A stretch of 64,000 bases of DNA from Bigelowiella natans CCMP2755 (taxonomy: Eukaryota > Protista > Cercozoa): positions 41,369-105,368 of the forward strand of contig ADNK01000773.1 in the NCBI GenBank assembly GCA_000320545.1, written 5' to 3'. Positions within the stretch are counted from its first letter, which is position 1; each line of letters begins with the position of its first letter. Made by a program: the position numbers and the translations under genes. Of this stretch, positions 51,495 through 64,000 are shown in pieces. The notes under the pieces were generated by a model. The model was given only the letters and a program-made list of their open reading frames with translations, searched no databases and had not been told where the DNA came from.

Positions 51495-52468
51495 TGGATC
51501 ATCGGTGGAGTACAAGCGACCAAGTTTTGCAAGATGCTGTTCAATTTATACTATTAACAATTAGCACGATATTATCAAGTACGAAACTTTCTTTGCAAAT
51601 ATCAGCATCTCATGTCGAGCACATACGATGCACAGAACTTAGATGCCAGAAAACAGAAAAGGTTACAGCAGAACACTCAGGATGTTATCTCGTAGACACA
51701 ATGTGAAGAAGAGGATGCAACTTGCAACGCGTGTTCTATATAGTGTGTACATGGCAACATGACATAAGACATAGTTGTATCTGTTGTGTGCAATGTCAAC
51801 GCCCATGCGCACTAGCGCACACCAACCGCCAACAACGGAAACTACACAATTGTCAATTGATGACTATACCAACATGCATGGATCCACATAGATGACACTG
51901 CACGTCTGACGAAGGAAGAAAGAGAAGATTGCAAAGTATAAAAGACCGCGTTGTTGCGCGAGCTGTGCAGCATGCATGCGTACGGCATGGCCGTCATGCT
52001 CGATGGGGATGATGCTATGCTTTTATATATGCTTTCAAATGCACCGAACATGTTAACAACAGAAACAAACAGATGCAATGTGAGCGCTGTAACCGCTGAT
52101 TTGCACAGCTATGTTAGGATGGCCATTGAAACAATTTAATCGCTTCGTTACACCCGTATCATATCTGAAATGAATTGTGCTTGCATACGTCGGCGCGGTC
52201 ACATCTATAGACATCGATTCTTGCTTGGCTGGCTGCATTTGCAATTGGCATGCGTTGGAAGTCGGAGCGATGGCGATGGCTGTACGATACGTAAAATGCG
52301 TTGCGATGATAATACATTGGATTATTAGGCTGCATACATAACCTTGCCACTTTAACGAAGAATTAGCATAACTATATGCAACACAGCAGAGCTAAATCGA
52401 GCTGGATTAAGGTTTGCATTCTGCATGCTTCAAGATTCGGGTCTTCCAACGCTTCCTCGGTTGGGATT

Positions 52469-54175
52469 TTATTCATTCTTCTTATTTAGAGATGCTAAGT
52501 TGTTGTGGCTCGTGGAGTATGCCTAAATTATTGGGGAACTCAGAATTGAGGCGGAAGAATTTACAGTAAACGTTAACCTTGTTGTGGAAGAAGCCAGCAT
52601 TATCGGTGGAATCGCAAGGGGCGTTTGCTAAACCATACATTTAAATAAGAATTGAATGTGCCCTCCCTCCCAAAATATACCTACCTGCAACATTGCCCTT
52701 TCCATCAGCCTCATCCGGTTTCTTGCAATACCTTAAAATTTTAACTTGGGTTTAAATCGATGTTACTTACTTAATACGAATTGACGGGCTTACTTTTGCA
52801 TGAAGAGTTTGACGAATAGCATAAAGTACGAGCCATACCTGGGAGGGAAAAGGGGGTTAAATATGAGTAAAGAATTTAACAAAACAGCAACGACTGTTTT
52901 CTGGCTGTAAGAAGTATCACATTGCTAGTCCCATGCGGTAGTTAGGCCCATTCACATGGCAGGCTGCGTCTCCACCTAAAATTAAAATTTGAAAGCTATG
53001 ATGAGCCTAATTTCGAGTTTTCAGGAGAGAATGAGCGTACCCGTTGTATGATGATATGCACTTGTAGCGGTGACAATCATTCCTACGACCATCTGAGTAA
53101 TCTGAAATGTTGTGGATAGGGTGGTCGATCATAAGGGACATGAAAGGAGAGCACAAGAGAACTACTACCTGCATAAATGTGATGAATATGCCAAAAGGCT
53201 TCACAACCCATCCGATGCCAGAAACCATGCAAGCATAGTACAAATACATCACCTAAAAATACACTTTCTGAGACAACTTCCATATTGAGCTCCAATGTAT
53301 CAAATTACCGCATGGACGCAAAAGTTCATGGTCGCAAACCAAATTCCAGGGGCAATGGTGTGATGGTATGCGTGCCAGCAGTACAACAGAACTGAAGTAA
53401 ATATGCATTGTAAATTCGTTATTATCTACATCGTTAAGTCCTTGTGTTATTTCGAGGATATCACAGACCAGTCAAATGATGAAACCAATGTAGAAAGCGG
53501 ACGGGGGCTTGCGGTTTTTTTAGGACGAGAAACACAGTGTCCATCAGCTCGGGGATTTTAGAATAAATGAACAATGCAGTCCTGATGCAAACGAGGCGGG
53601 TTATTTTATATTTCAATATATAGAAACTAATTTGAGGTAATTATATTACCACATCCCTGATGGTCCATCTAAGTACCAATTTTGTGGGTCCTCACACACC
53701 GTATACTTGAAACCCTTCTCCATGAAAGCCTTGTAAAGCACGGGAAGCACCCTAGAAGCGCCGATAAACGAGAATACGGACAAGAGAATATTCCAGAGAG
53801 CGAAACGCTTCTTCATAGGTTTGCCCTCCGTGATGATCATACCAGGTGCGATGAATATAATGAAAAGGTACATGGACACGGTAAAGATTGGAATGTCGGA
53901 GTGAGTACGGTGAAATTCTACGACTGGTAGCCCCTTGAACGTCTTCTCCACATCAAAAAAAGTAGATGTGATGAATGAATTGTACGCGTCTGCCATCGGG
54001 AGGATCATATCTGTAAGTAGAACACGTCATCATGAGAAGTCGTGTGAGATTCGTCTGAATGATGGACTACATGCAGTATCAACCGTGGTGAGATGATATG
54101 CTATTTTCAGAAGAATGTGTATTCCAAAATTTCGATGATCTTCCTTATAAATTAAAAACCTGGAATCCCATACAT
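52469..54175 (-). CDS. Fatty acid elongase (ELO/GNS1/SUR4 family)
   Basis: FALWNILLSVFSFIG, SKIPELMDTVFLVLKK, FLHWFHH (HxxHH), MNFCVHA|VMYLYY, ITFMQ, MYGSYFMLF; C-terminal KKNE-stop is a dilysine ER-retrieval motif. Start uncertain (54175 or 54008). Confidence 0.93.
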
Positions 54176-55199
54176 GATACGAATACCAAAACTCTCATTT
54201 CAAGAAAGGGGGGGGGAGGTACCAGTGCCCGTCGTCGAATGTTTTTTCAAAATGTTTATAACTGTGAAAATTTCGACGCAATATCCAAATGCAATGCATA
54301 TGTTGTCTACATCTTGAATAAAACTATCATTTTCAAATAAATGAGCGATGATTTTGGTCGGAACTGCAGATTTTAGTTTGAATTCGGCGCCAAAAGAAAG
54401 CTAACAAACTTTTAAGAGTTTCTGCTGTTTTTATGGCCTGCTATGTAAATCTAAATATTCAATTCTACTTATTATCATTTTGTCTTCAAGACCAAATTTA
54501 GTACATTTTCCTGTTAAGAACATATTATTGTAGATGATATTTGCCTGAGTCCCAGAAAGTATAAGCTCCGCTGCATCCGAATAAAATACCCAGGTCTTCG
54601 CTTTCAAACGACAATAAATTTAGAGTGACACATGATCAAAGGTAAAAATCGAGTCGAATGATTGTGCTAAAATAAGTTCGACTATATTTCTTTGGATTCC
54701 CATAGATGTTTTTTCAACAACCTTATTTTTTTAACCCTTGTTTTGGATTTTTTTATGGTAAGACACCCTTTGACGGTAACTTTTCTAACTGAGAACGGTC
54801 TAACATTGTTTACTAATGAACTTTTCTCGGATACTAGTCTCTTCAGAAATCTCCATATAAATAAAATCCAGATTTCAAAGCAGCTTAGTGGTCTCCAATA
54901 GTTTTGATTTCACAGTACAATTTAATTATTATGAACGTACGAAAGCCAAATTAGCAAAATTGAAGCTAAATACTTTCAAGTTTCAATGTGTTTTTAAGTA
55001 TTACTTGCGTGGCCAGAAATCAGTTTTGGCAGAATGCGTCCATTATGATGCATTTTCATTAAACGACATACAATATTTGCTGTTTCTGCCTTTGTTGCGC
55101 CTGGCACTCTCTGGCTGTCGAGTGTAATTGCCCCCCTCTTGTTATTCACGCTTCACACTCTTATCCTTGGTTTTATCCCATTAAGAGAAGGAAACAGTT

Positions 55200-55900
55200 A
55201 TGTCCTACGGATCTGCGGCAAGAAAATGGGCCAGCCTGAGGGCTCACTGGAAGAACCATGGTCTCTGGGAAACAGCGAGAACCTACCTCATGATGAACGG
55301 GTGGGGAATACAGCAGCTAATCTTGCACTCATCATTTTTCAAGATTGATATCTTTTAGGTGGTACAAGGAGGGAAGCATTGTAGGAAAAGACAAGTTTGG
55401 AAACACTTGTAAGTTGCCTTATCAAATGTTTACCCACAACGCAATTACTTACACTCGCTTATTCAGACTACGAGGCAAAAGACCATCCAATTCACGGTAC
55501 TACCAAATATGAGCGTCTAAGAGAACGTTGATCTAAATTTCCTTTATACCTAAATTTTATTTAGGCCGAGACAGGTGGGTAGAGTACGCCGATAAGAGCG
55601 ATTGGGATGGAAGCTCTGTACCTGCTGAGTGGCATTGCTGGCTCGCAAGAATCAACGATAAAGTTCCTGCAACTTCAGAGGTTTAAGGAAAAAAAATTCT
55701 CCTTACTTTTTTCATAACCATATCTATTTGGATAGGCTGGTGCTTCAGCTTCAATGTACAAATGGAAGAAGGAGCATCTAATCAATAAAGGATCCCGATA
55801 CGGTTCGAATGCTAATTATCTTCCACCAAGCCATTGGACACGAGGAGAGAAAGAATACAAGCAAGACAAAGTTGAGTCTTGGACTCCTGGAAACCAATAA
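55200..55900 (+). CDS. NDUFA12: NADH:ubiquinone oxidoreductase subunit A12 (B17.2), five exons
   Basis: Spliced product MSYGSAARKW...KEGSIVGKDKFGNT|YYEAKDHPIH|GRDRWVEYADKSDWDGSSVPAEWHCWL...KVESWTPGNQ-TAA carries the G.D..GN.YYE, RWV.Y and VP.EWH.WL family motifs. Missed by the ORF track. Confidence 0.93.
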
Positions 55901-56632
55901 ATGTTCATGACCTTTGTCATAATCTGCTCCAGCAAACTTTCTCGAATTAGACATCATAAGGCTACAGTGCTGTGATGTCGCCTATAGCAACGCTGTACTC
56001 TGCTTCGTTCACATTACTGTATTATTCCCACAACGCGACAAAAAATGTTGAACTATCCGATACAGCTTGGATTGTTGACTTATTTATATGCAAAAATATG
56101 AATATTAAGTCGTGTATTGATTGGTGTGGTGTTTCACGATGCGCACGAATGTAAGGCTCCTCTCTATGTGGGTAGATAGAGCATTCAACAGCGCTAGTCT
56201 GGCAGCCATATCTCAGCTGCTACTATAGACACTACTAGTACTACTAGAGCTGTTCGTAAATGCCATCATGCGCTCATAGAATGAGTGGCTACAGCTATAC
56301 GTCTAGATGTGGCAACGTGATCGACTGTAATGATTGTACGTTGTCCTGCGCTTAGTCTGTTATGCGACGGCCTGCGCAGCGCTGCAGTATAGCAGCTACG
56401 CATGCTATGCTGCTGTGCTAAAGTCCCGCCTTCATAAGTTTGTGCCACGCTCATCTCCGCTATATGGTCCATCCGCCAGTGATGGCTGCTATACTGCATG
56501 CACTTTTAAGCGATGATGACATGCTGCACGTGCATGCTGCAGCAAAGAATGGCGAAATCGACCGCAAGCACGCTGCTGCTACTCCGCAATAAGAGCACTA
56601 TACTAGCGAGACTTTACAAGCACTTCAGAAGT

Positions 56633-56672
<40 letters not shown>

Positions 56673-56823
56673 GTACATATTTGGCAGAGGCAAGAATCGA
56701 AATATTATCATCTCCGCACATACTATGCACGCATAACTTATTTGCACTCGCTACATCACGTATCATTACACTGTCCAACTACTCCCTACCAATCTCGATT
56801 ACGTACCGCAGCCATCAATACCG

Positions 56824-58356
56824 TTAGTTCATCCTCGCTTGCTCTCGATTGGATAGCGTTGAAGTAGCGATATTTTCCACTGTTCCACCATGATCTTCCA
56901 TTTCTATAGAGCTTGCATCATCGTTACTTTTGTTGGTGATTCCATTCTTAGTCATATTTGGCAAGCCATCGGACGTTTCTGTTGTTACAGTCTGTTTGTC
57001 ACCGTTGACTGAGTTTCTCTTTTGCTCAAGGTGGTATTGTCTTAGTTGAGCTTCCAGAGTAAACTCGTCTTCAGCCTACAGAATCATTTCATCATAAAAC
57101 CTCATTCTTTTCTATTGCTATAGTACAATTTTGTTACTGATCAAGATCACCTCATCATCGTGAGTTTGTGCTCCAACGGCAGGTTTGGGATCACGCATAA
57201 TGCTACTCCTATCCCGATCATCTTCACTCCCTTGTCCTTGTTTCGGAGGGGGTGGAGGGGATCTTGCGGGAGATTTCTGAGAGAAAGAATAATTGAAAAA
57301 GAATGTAGGTGGAAGGAAATCTAAGAGTGATGAAGCTCAACATCCCCACTCTACCTACTGCACTACCTCTTCCACTGGACCAAGGCCAGGGAGTCCTCCC
57401 CCTCCTCGATGGGCACGTATTTTTCTTTGTCCCCATTTAAGGAGCGTATGCTACAAAAATATATCCTAATTAAGCATCGAGAATAACAGCTACTGGAAAT
57501 TTTAAATTACTATACTATCAGTATTCTAGCGTCGTCGTCAATATACTTTCTAATCATACCGGTATCCATTTCAGGAATTTCTTCTTGCCAACAGGAGGAG
57601 CTTGGGCCTATTTGCAGCATACAACAGTGGGTACGAATTATATACGTGATTACCCAAAACACCGCAATCTGTCGTCTATTCGTACTACATTTTTCACACC
57701 GACGTCCATACTTACATATCATATCATCAAGTAGTAGCACCTTGTCATTGACGGATCCAATAGAACTTACGTCCTCATTTTCACTAATTCCACCCCTTTC
57801 TCCCCCCTCCCCCCCCTCCCCCCCCTCCTCCTCCTCCTCCTCCTCCTCCTCCTGCAGCCAATCCCATAGATCTCGCAGATCCTCCTGGGACTTCCCGCAA
57901 GTCGGTGTGATGAGCCCGAATTTGCTGGAGAAAATTGTTTATCATCAGTGCATATGAGGTATGCTACCTACAGACTCATAATAGACATTGCTCAATCACA
58001 GGGTGAGGGTGAGTTGTATGTGGGATATCTTAGGAGGCGAAAAACGATCTATCCTTATGAGAAACCAAGAGGAGAAAGCACCTTTTGGTAATAGCGTATG
58101 TCGAGTTCCAAGCTTGCACCTTTCTTCTCAAGAAGTGGCCATGAGCGGTGTACACAGAAGGGACTCCGACTCTTCGCTAAATCCATAATCTGTAAGCAAA
58201 TAAGTTGATTCTCGATAAAGTGATTTTAGGTGATGATGATGATGATGATGAGGATGAGGATGAGGATGAGGATGAGGACGATATCTTTGGAAGTGGCTGG
58301 ATATACATGTATGGTCGAACCGAAGACAGCTTTAGCACAACATAAACAACGGAACA

Positions 58357-58401
<45 letters not shown>

Positions 58402-58952
58402 ATGGAGAAGCGCGTTTAACCGATTTGTTTCTGGGTGATTTGTTTCTAAATGTTGTTGTTGTTGTTGTTGTTGTTGTATGGGATGATGGAATGGTAATGG
58501 CAGAGGCGACGACCTGCCGCATAGGTATGCGTAGTTGCCCTCCGCCTTGATCGATCCGAAATCTCTCCTTGTCGAATACTCTTGACAAATATGAGTTAGC
58601 AAAAGCAGCAAATCGTAGTGAGACACAGCAGATGCCTATTAGAATGAAATATTTGACAAGCTCAGAGGGACCAACTTATTATTATGGAGAAGCTATCATC
58701 TATGCCAGTGTCTCATCATCGTCATCATGATCATCAATATCATCATCATTACTTAATATCTAAGATATCCCTCCGATCGTCTTGTACAAAAAACTCAAAG
58801 CTCTCGTTCCAAATTGGATCCGAGCTCTTCCAGACAACCTACCAGCATTAGCAAAGTAGTTGTGCCTTGAATCAGCATGTGCATGCTATCAGCATTTTCC
58901 CCGTGACTAAATGCGAAGAAGACCCTCACGCACAATACTCATGTGTTTTGAT

Positions 58953-58985
<33 letters not shown>

Positions 58986-58993
58986 AGGAATCC

Positions 58994-59027
<34 letters not shown>

Positions 59028-60371
59028 GCACCTTTGTCCTTTTCTTCACCTTCGCCATTGACAGTTGAACATAGGGATCTATCACGTGCTTATGCTTCAT
59101 ACTAGCCATGAGATTCGAGCCGCTCATCACTGTAACTTGTAATAAACCGCTGTGACCTGCTCTCGAGCCAGATGCTGCTGTTGCTGCCGTTGGAGAGGAA
59201 TCCTCTATTCCAGGCTCGAGGCTACTACTAGTACTATTGCTACTAGTAGCTACACTGCCAGCAGCAAGAGAACCACCAGCAGCTGACGATAACGGACGTG
59301 CCGCCACACCCTCGATTGATGAAATTCGTAAGTGATCCTCTCCATTAGTTGGATATGATGCGTCAAAATCACTGCCTCTCCTCTGCCCATTCTGATGTTG
59401 CTGCTCTGAGTGTCCTCCTTCTCCTCCTCCTCCTTGTAGTTCTCTTTCCCCTGCTCCTCCTCCAGCCCCTCTTCCGCGTCGTCGTCGTCGTCGAAACAAC
59501 CCAATCGAGGAAGCTGTGGGGGTGATAGCTCGTCCATCCGCAGATACTGAACGACGGATACTACTACTACTACTACTGCTGCTACTACTTCTACTACTAT
59601 TTACGATGCTGCTATTCTGACGTCTTTTCTGTGCCTTTGAGAGGAGCAATCGCGGACTATTATTTCGAGCAAAATCCAAGACACATCAACGACGCGTGAG
59701 ATGAATATTGTATATATGGAAAGAACACACTTATATAATCATTTATGAATCCTGTCTTATATCTGGGTTTGAGGCTTTACGTGGAACGCTATGACCATTT
59801 TCAACACTTGACTACCTTGCCATCCGTTGTGATAATAATCCGCTTTGTGGTGGTGTATTGTTGCTTTGCAAGTGGTGCTGCCTCCTTTTCGATGACAGTC
59901 TTGAGGGCGGGGTACGAGGGTGATTCGTAAGGGAGGAATGATGCTTGTCAGGGTGGTGTACTACTCGGCCAGACTGTAAAGCTGGAGGCGGAGATTTAGA
60001 CAACTGAAACAACACAAATGATAGTTACCATGCCAACGTCGTATATTACATCATGAAACTCTACAGAATAAGGGTTGAAAAACATATTATTATTATTATT
60101 ATTAGTAGTAGTAGTAGAAGAAGAAGAAGAAGCTGGAGCAGGTGTAATTTGTAGTGGGCAGTATCATCATCGGCCAGAACAAATCGCACCGTACTTTTGA
60201 GGCGAAGTGCTGAAATTCTATGGTTGCGAGATGAAACATTTGTCCAAAAACTTACTTACTACATCATGTATTCTTACATAGCGGTTCTTGGTAATTTCCA
60301 TCGTCGTCGCTGTTGCTATGGCTGTTGCCTGTGCCCCTCTCCTGGCGCTATCATAAACTCCGGGGGTAGTG

Positions 60372-60403
<32 letters not shown>

Positions 60404-61486
60404 CCCACAGTCATCACTTCGCTGGTCAGCATGAAAAGAACTCCATTCAAGGGCCAAATACAACTGAGGATGAGGAGGGAGAGGGGAGGATGGGAGGACG
60501 ACGACCACGACGCGGTAGTAATGAGGAATATTCATATCATATGAGAACACCAACTGAGTGACCGAAATATGACATACTAGCAACAACATATCACGCTATG
60601 TGGCTCAGGAATCTTCCAATCAGCTGCAGCTTTATATGTTCATAAGCTGTATCATTGAAGATGCAAATGCTTTTCGATCGCTGCTGCTGCTGCTACTACT
60701 ACCATTACAACTACTACTACTACCTGCCCTCCGCCCACCAGATCTAATTTGATCTTTTGCTCAGGGTTACAGTGAAGATCTCTCAAGTCTACGAAACCCT
60801 CTCCAAGCTCTCCGAGTCCGCCTCGTTTTCTATGTCCCAACCATTATTTCATTGTAATCATTGTCATCAACAACAACATCTGATAATCTAGCTGCCTACC
60901 CCGTTGCATATATGAGGGGGGGGTGAAGGAGAGAACAGGAAGCGAATTCAAAATATCTCCTCAACCAACTAAATACTCACCTCGAGTCCTTGATTGCAAC
61001 ATGTAGCTTTTGGAGTTGCAAGCTGTACACTACGAGCTCGAACCTGGCGGGGGGGGGGGGGGGGGATGGACGCGATGAGAGATAGAAAAGTGACCAATGG
61101 AAGAAGAGCGCAGTTATCAGTTGAAAGCAGAAGAATACCTTTCGTCCTTCCACGAAGGATTTAAGGTGTGCTTTTGCTTTGACGATTCCTTTGAAACCGC
61201 TCCCAGTGTAAGAATGGCAAACGGGCTAGGCATATGCCTCTTCTTCGAGGTTGAGGAGGAGGAGGAGGAGGAGGAGCCTGCAGACGGGTCCGCGGTAGCA
61301 TTCTCGAGACTATTACCACTTTTAGAAGAGGACAAGGGTGGCAACGAAGGTGGTTTCGATGATGATAGCAAGTCTTGAGCTTCTATCAGCGTCACCTCGA
61401 GCAACCCTATGAATCATCATAAACTCACACATTACATATTTACTTATGCGTGTATGCGCGCGCGTGCGCGTGTGTGTGTGATCGAA

Positions 61487-61529
<43 letters not shown>

Positions 61530-63705
61530 AGAAATATGAAGCAATTTGCAGAGTGGAAAGAGCTGCCTGCTGCCAAGTAGATCCGATATATTGAAGATTA
61601 TTCAGCATGAGGTACGTGTGTCCAATTTTGGAGTGACGTTTGAAGTTAATATATAACAACATTTTATATGAATTTTTCATTACCTTGTGGCTCCTCCAGA
61701 GCACCTTCCCTTACCCTAGTTTTGGTCGAATTAGTCTCATTATTACCCTGCAGCTTATATTTTCCATTGGATTTTGAGTCTTGCTCCCCATTCTCCTCCT
61801 CCTCCTTCCCCTCCTCCTCAAATACAGCAGCAATGAGCTCTGGATCTACGCCGGCTTGTCGCATTTTCTCTGGGGTGAGAGATATTCTTGCCTTGGTAGA
61901 GATCTTCTTTAAGTTAGGACGCCATAGGTTGATTTCGTTCGGCCATACAATCTTTTTACCTGTGATATAACGATGATGATGACGATGATGGCGATGATGA
62001 CGATATTTTAAACTTGTACACGACGATGGTTAGGAAGGGCACTTCCCATTACTTATCATGGTTTCGACGAAGTTCTCCAACCACGATTTTACCCCAGGAA
62101 TTGACGTCAGGTTTACATGAGCACCAGAGAGATTGAACTTTACTTCTGGCTTCTCTGCGGTAAGTTAGTTAATCATCACAGCAATGAGCCAAAACAACAA
62201 CTTCGGAGAAAGGATACAGCATGGGTGGCGTGAGTTCTATTCATTCCCTACTATTACCTGCAAATGCAAGAGTTATCTGCTGGAAACATGGAAGCATGGA
62301 GATCAATCTCTGCAGCACAAAAAAGAATTATTGAACACCGACAGATGATTCACCACCCTCTCAAATTCATCAAAGCATAGAGTAACGAATCGCACCTTGA
62401 AGGTAAGCCTTAGAGTAAACCGCATTCGCAGGTTTTGCAGCAATGCGACGGCAGACACAGGCCCACTGCGGAGAGATACAGATATCCGCTAATTGGTTGA
62501 ATGAGGAATCATCATCGTTCTCAATGTAGACCGTTCAGTATTGCTCGATCATGGAGAAAGAGGAAAGGCTACTGTTTGAATTCGATTAAATTGTAACTAC
62601 CTGCGATTCATCAGCAACGAACATACTGTGGAGGTCAAGAACCACACTATAAAACATCAACGACGTCACCACTCGCCTTTGTTCAATATTGCATGTGAGT
62701 AAATGCAACCTGTTTCCTCGATGGCGATATACGTTGATTCCATCTACATGGGGGAGGAACTGATCCAAAATTGACCTCGGTAAGCTCCAAGAGGGACATG
62801 TATGACGGTTTCTACAACACCAACGGCAATTCATAAGGCATTGTAAGTCTGGTTTCTGCAATCCAAACTCCGTGTCGTTCTTGCCTTTTTTTGTAAGACT
62901 GGGCCAAGCCTGTGAAGCAGAAGCTCACTCAACCCTGAATATGATTATAAACACACTGATTTAAAAGATAGTTCAAATGACATATTCTTCCGTTGAGCAG
63001 GAAGACAAAACCATCGAGATTTAAAGTTTTGTGCGATTTGCCAAGAATTCGTTGGCTAACACGTCCACGATCAAAGAATAGCCTGTCTTTTTCTAATGCC
63101 AACACGTCCCCAAATTTCAAATTTGTTGCATTTGGTACTCCACCTTTGTTAATGTGGGGCCATGCCGTCTTGAAGGTCTCGTTCAAGAATTCAGCTCGAC
63201 TCGTAAATGGAAACCGAACCCTTTGTTTGGATATCATCATATCCGGTCAAATGAGAGGTAGTGAAAGCATCCGAACAGCTAGTACCAATTAGGAACCCCT
63301 GGAAATGTTCCGAGCAAGAATTTCTCAAGGCCCACGGGATCTCTCCACAACTGAGGTTGTTCAACAAATATAAACAAGACTAAACCGCCGCCTGATTTTC
63401 ATTTCTAACCTGCTCTGCTAGTCTGTCCATCTCGATTTCCCTTTGGGCTTTATTGCTCTGACGATGATAAAAGATCCAGAAGAATCCGACACTCACCTAT
63501 CGGTCGCAACAGTATGAGCAGTTAGGTACGCGGCCAACGTGGATATTTCTAATTTTACCATCAGGAAGGGCATCTGGAAGTAGCCGCAGATGAAAGCGAG
63601 CACGATTATGAAAATATGCCGACTTGTACTTCCTTGACTGGATGTCCCGTAGTCCGTCTCAGCTAGTCTTGACTCTCGAGTCGCGGCCGGATGAGTCCTC
63701 GCCAT
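56824..63705 (-). CDS. Extended-synaptotagmin/tricalbin-like protein (TM hairpin, SMP domain, two C2 domains), probably 5'-partial
   Basis: TM IFIIVLAFICGYFQMPF; SMP peptides FPFTSRAEFLNETFKTAWPHINK, LELTEVNFGSVPPHVDGINVY, IPGVKSWLENFVETMI, IVWPNEI; C2a LEVTLIEAQDL..PFAILTLG..TLNPSW; C2b GLLQVTVMSGSNL..DPYVQLSM..DPIWNESFEF..VFDKE; TAA at 56824. The ATG at 63705 follows ctag (acceptor-like). Confidence 0.85.
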
Positions 63706-63735
63706 CTAGAGTGACAAGATATGTTTGCATGGCAT

Positions 63736-63784
<49 letters not shown>

Positions 63785-64000
63785 CCATTAGGATTCTATG
63801 CAACAGCTTGTATATAGCAACAATTTGCAAGTGGTTCCTGAATCAAACGGGGGGGGGGGGGGGGACAAAAAAAGCTGGGCGGGTGATCCCCTATCCCCTT
63901 GACAAAACACCCTTTTTTATTATGTTGTTATTAAAACTGGGCTGTTGTTGTTGTTGTTTTTTTTGGGGGGGGGGGGTAAATCCCTCCTTTTCCCCTTTAC

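Noticed and set aside
62885-63165. Apparent duplicated SMP segment (AWPHINK versus AWPSLTKK) suggesting mutually exclusive exons
   Set aside because: The second exon reads better in another frame (LGPVLQKK), giving one continuous SMP domain.

Overview
Gene-dense, intron-rich eukaryotic nuclear DNA; no prokaryotic features, rRNA, tRNA, CRISPR or recognisable transposase were seen. By manually joining GT-AG exons I can support 14 protein-coding genes: ankyrin/TRPV-like channel (+), ADA3-like SAGA subunit (-), BSD-domain protein (+), frameshifted intronless VWA gene (-), six-finger C2H2 protein (+), VPS13 (-), DHHC palmitoyltransferase (+), PIP kinase (-), cold-shock-domain protein (+), MAK16 (-), Cys-rich putative thylakoid-lumen protein (+), fatty-acid elongase (-), NDUFA12 (+) and an extended-synaptotagmin-like SMP/C2 protein (-). 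A signal peptide + transit peptide + twin-arginine leader suggests an alga with a complex (secondary) plastid, most plausibly a chlorarachniophyte (inference). The most striking higher-order pattern is that the genes alternate strand strictly, and every tail-to-tail spacer is filled with non-repetitive alternating purine/pyrimidine, short-palindrome-rich DNA. Other notable items: a 9.37-kb single exon in an otherwise heavily fragmented VPS13 carrying two inserted C2-type domains, an N-terminal 70-aa duplication in the TRP channel, and an unnamed Cys-rich lumen protein. Multi-exon CDS coordinates are gene spans; all exon joins were made by eye and need RNA-seq confirmation.
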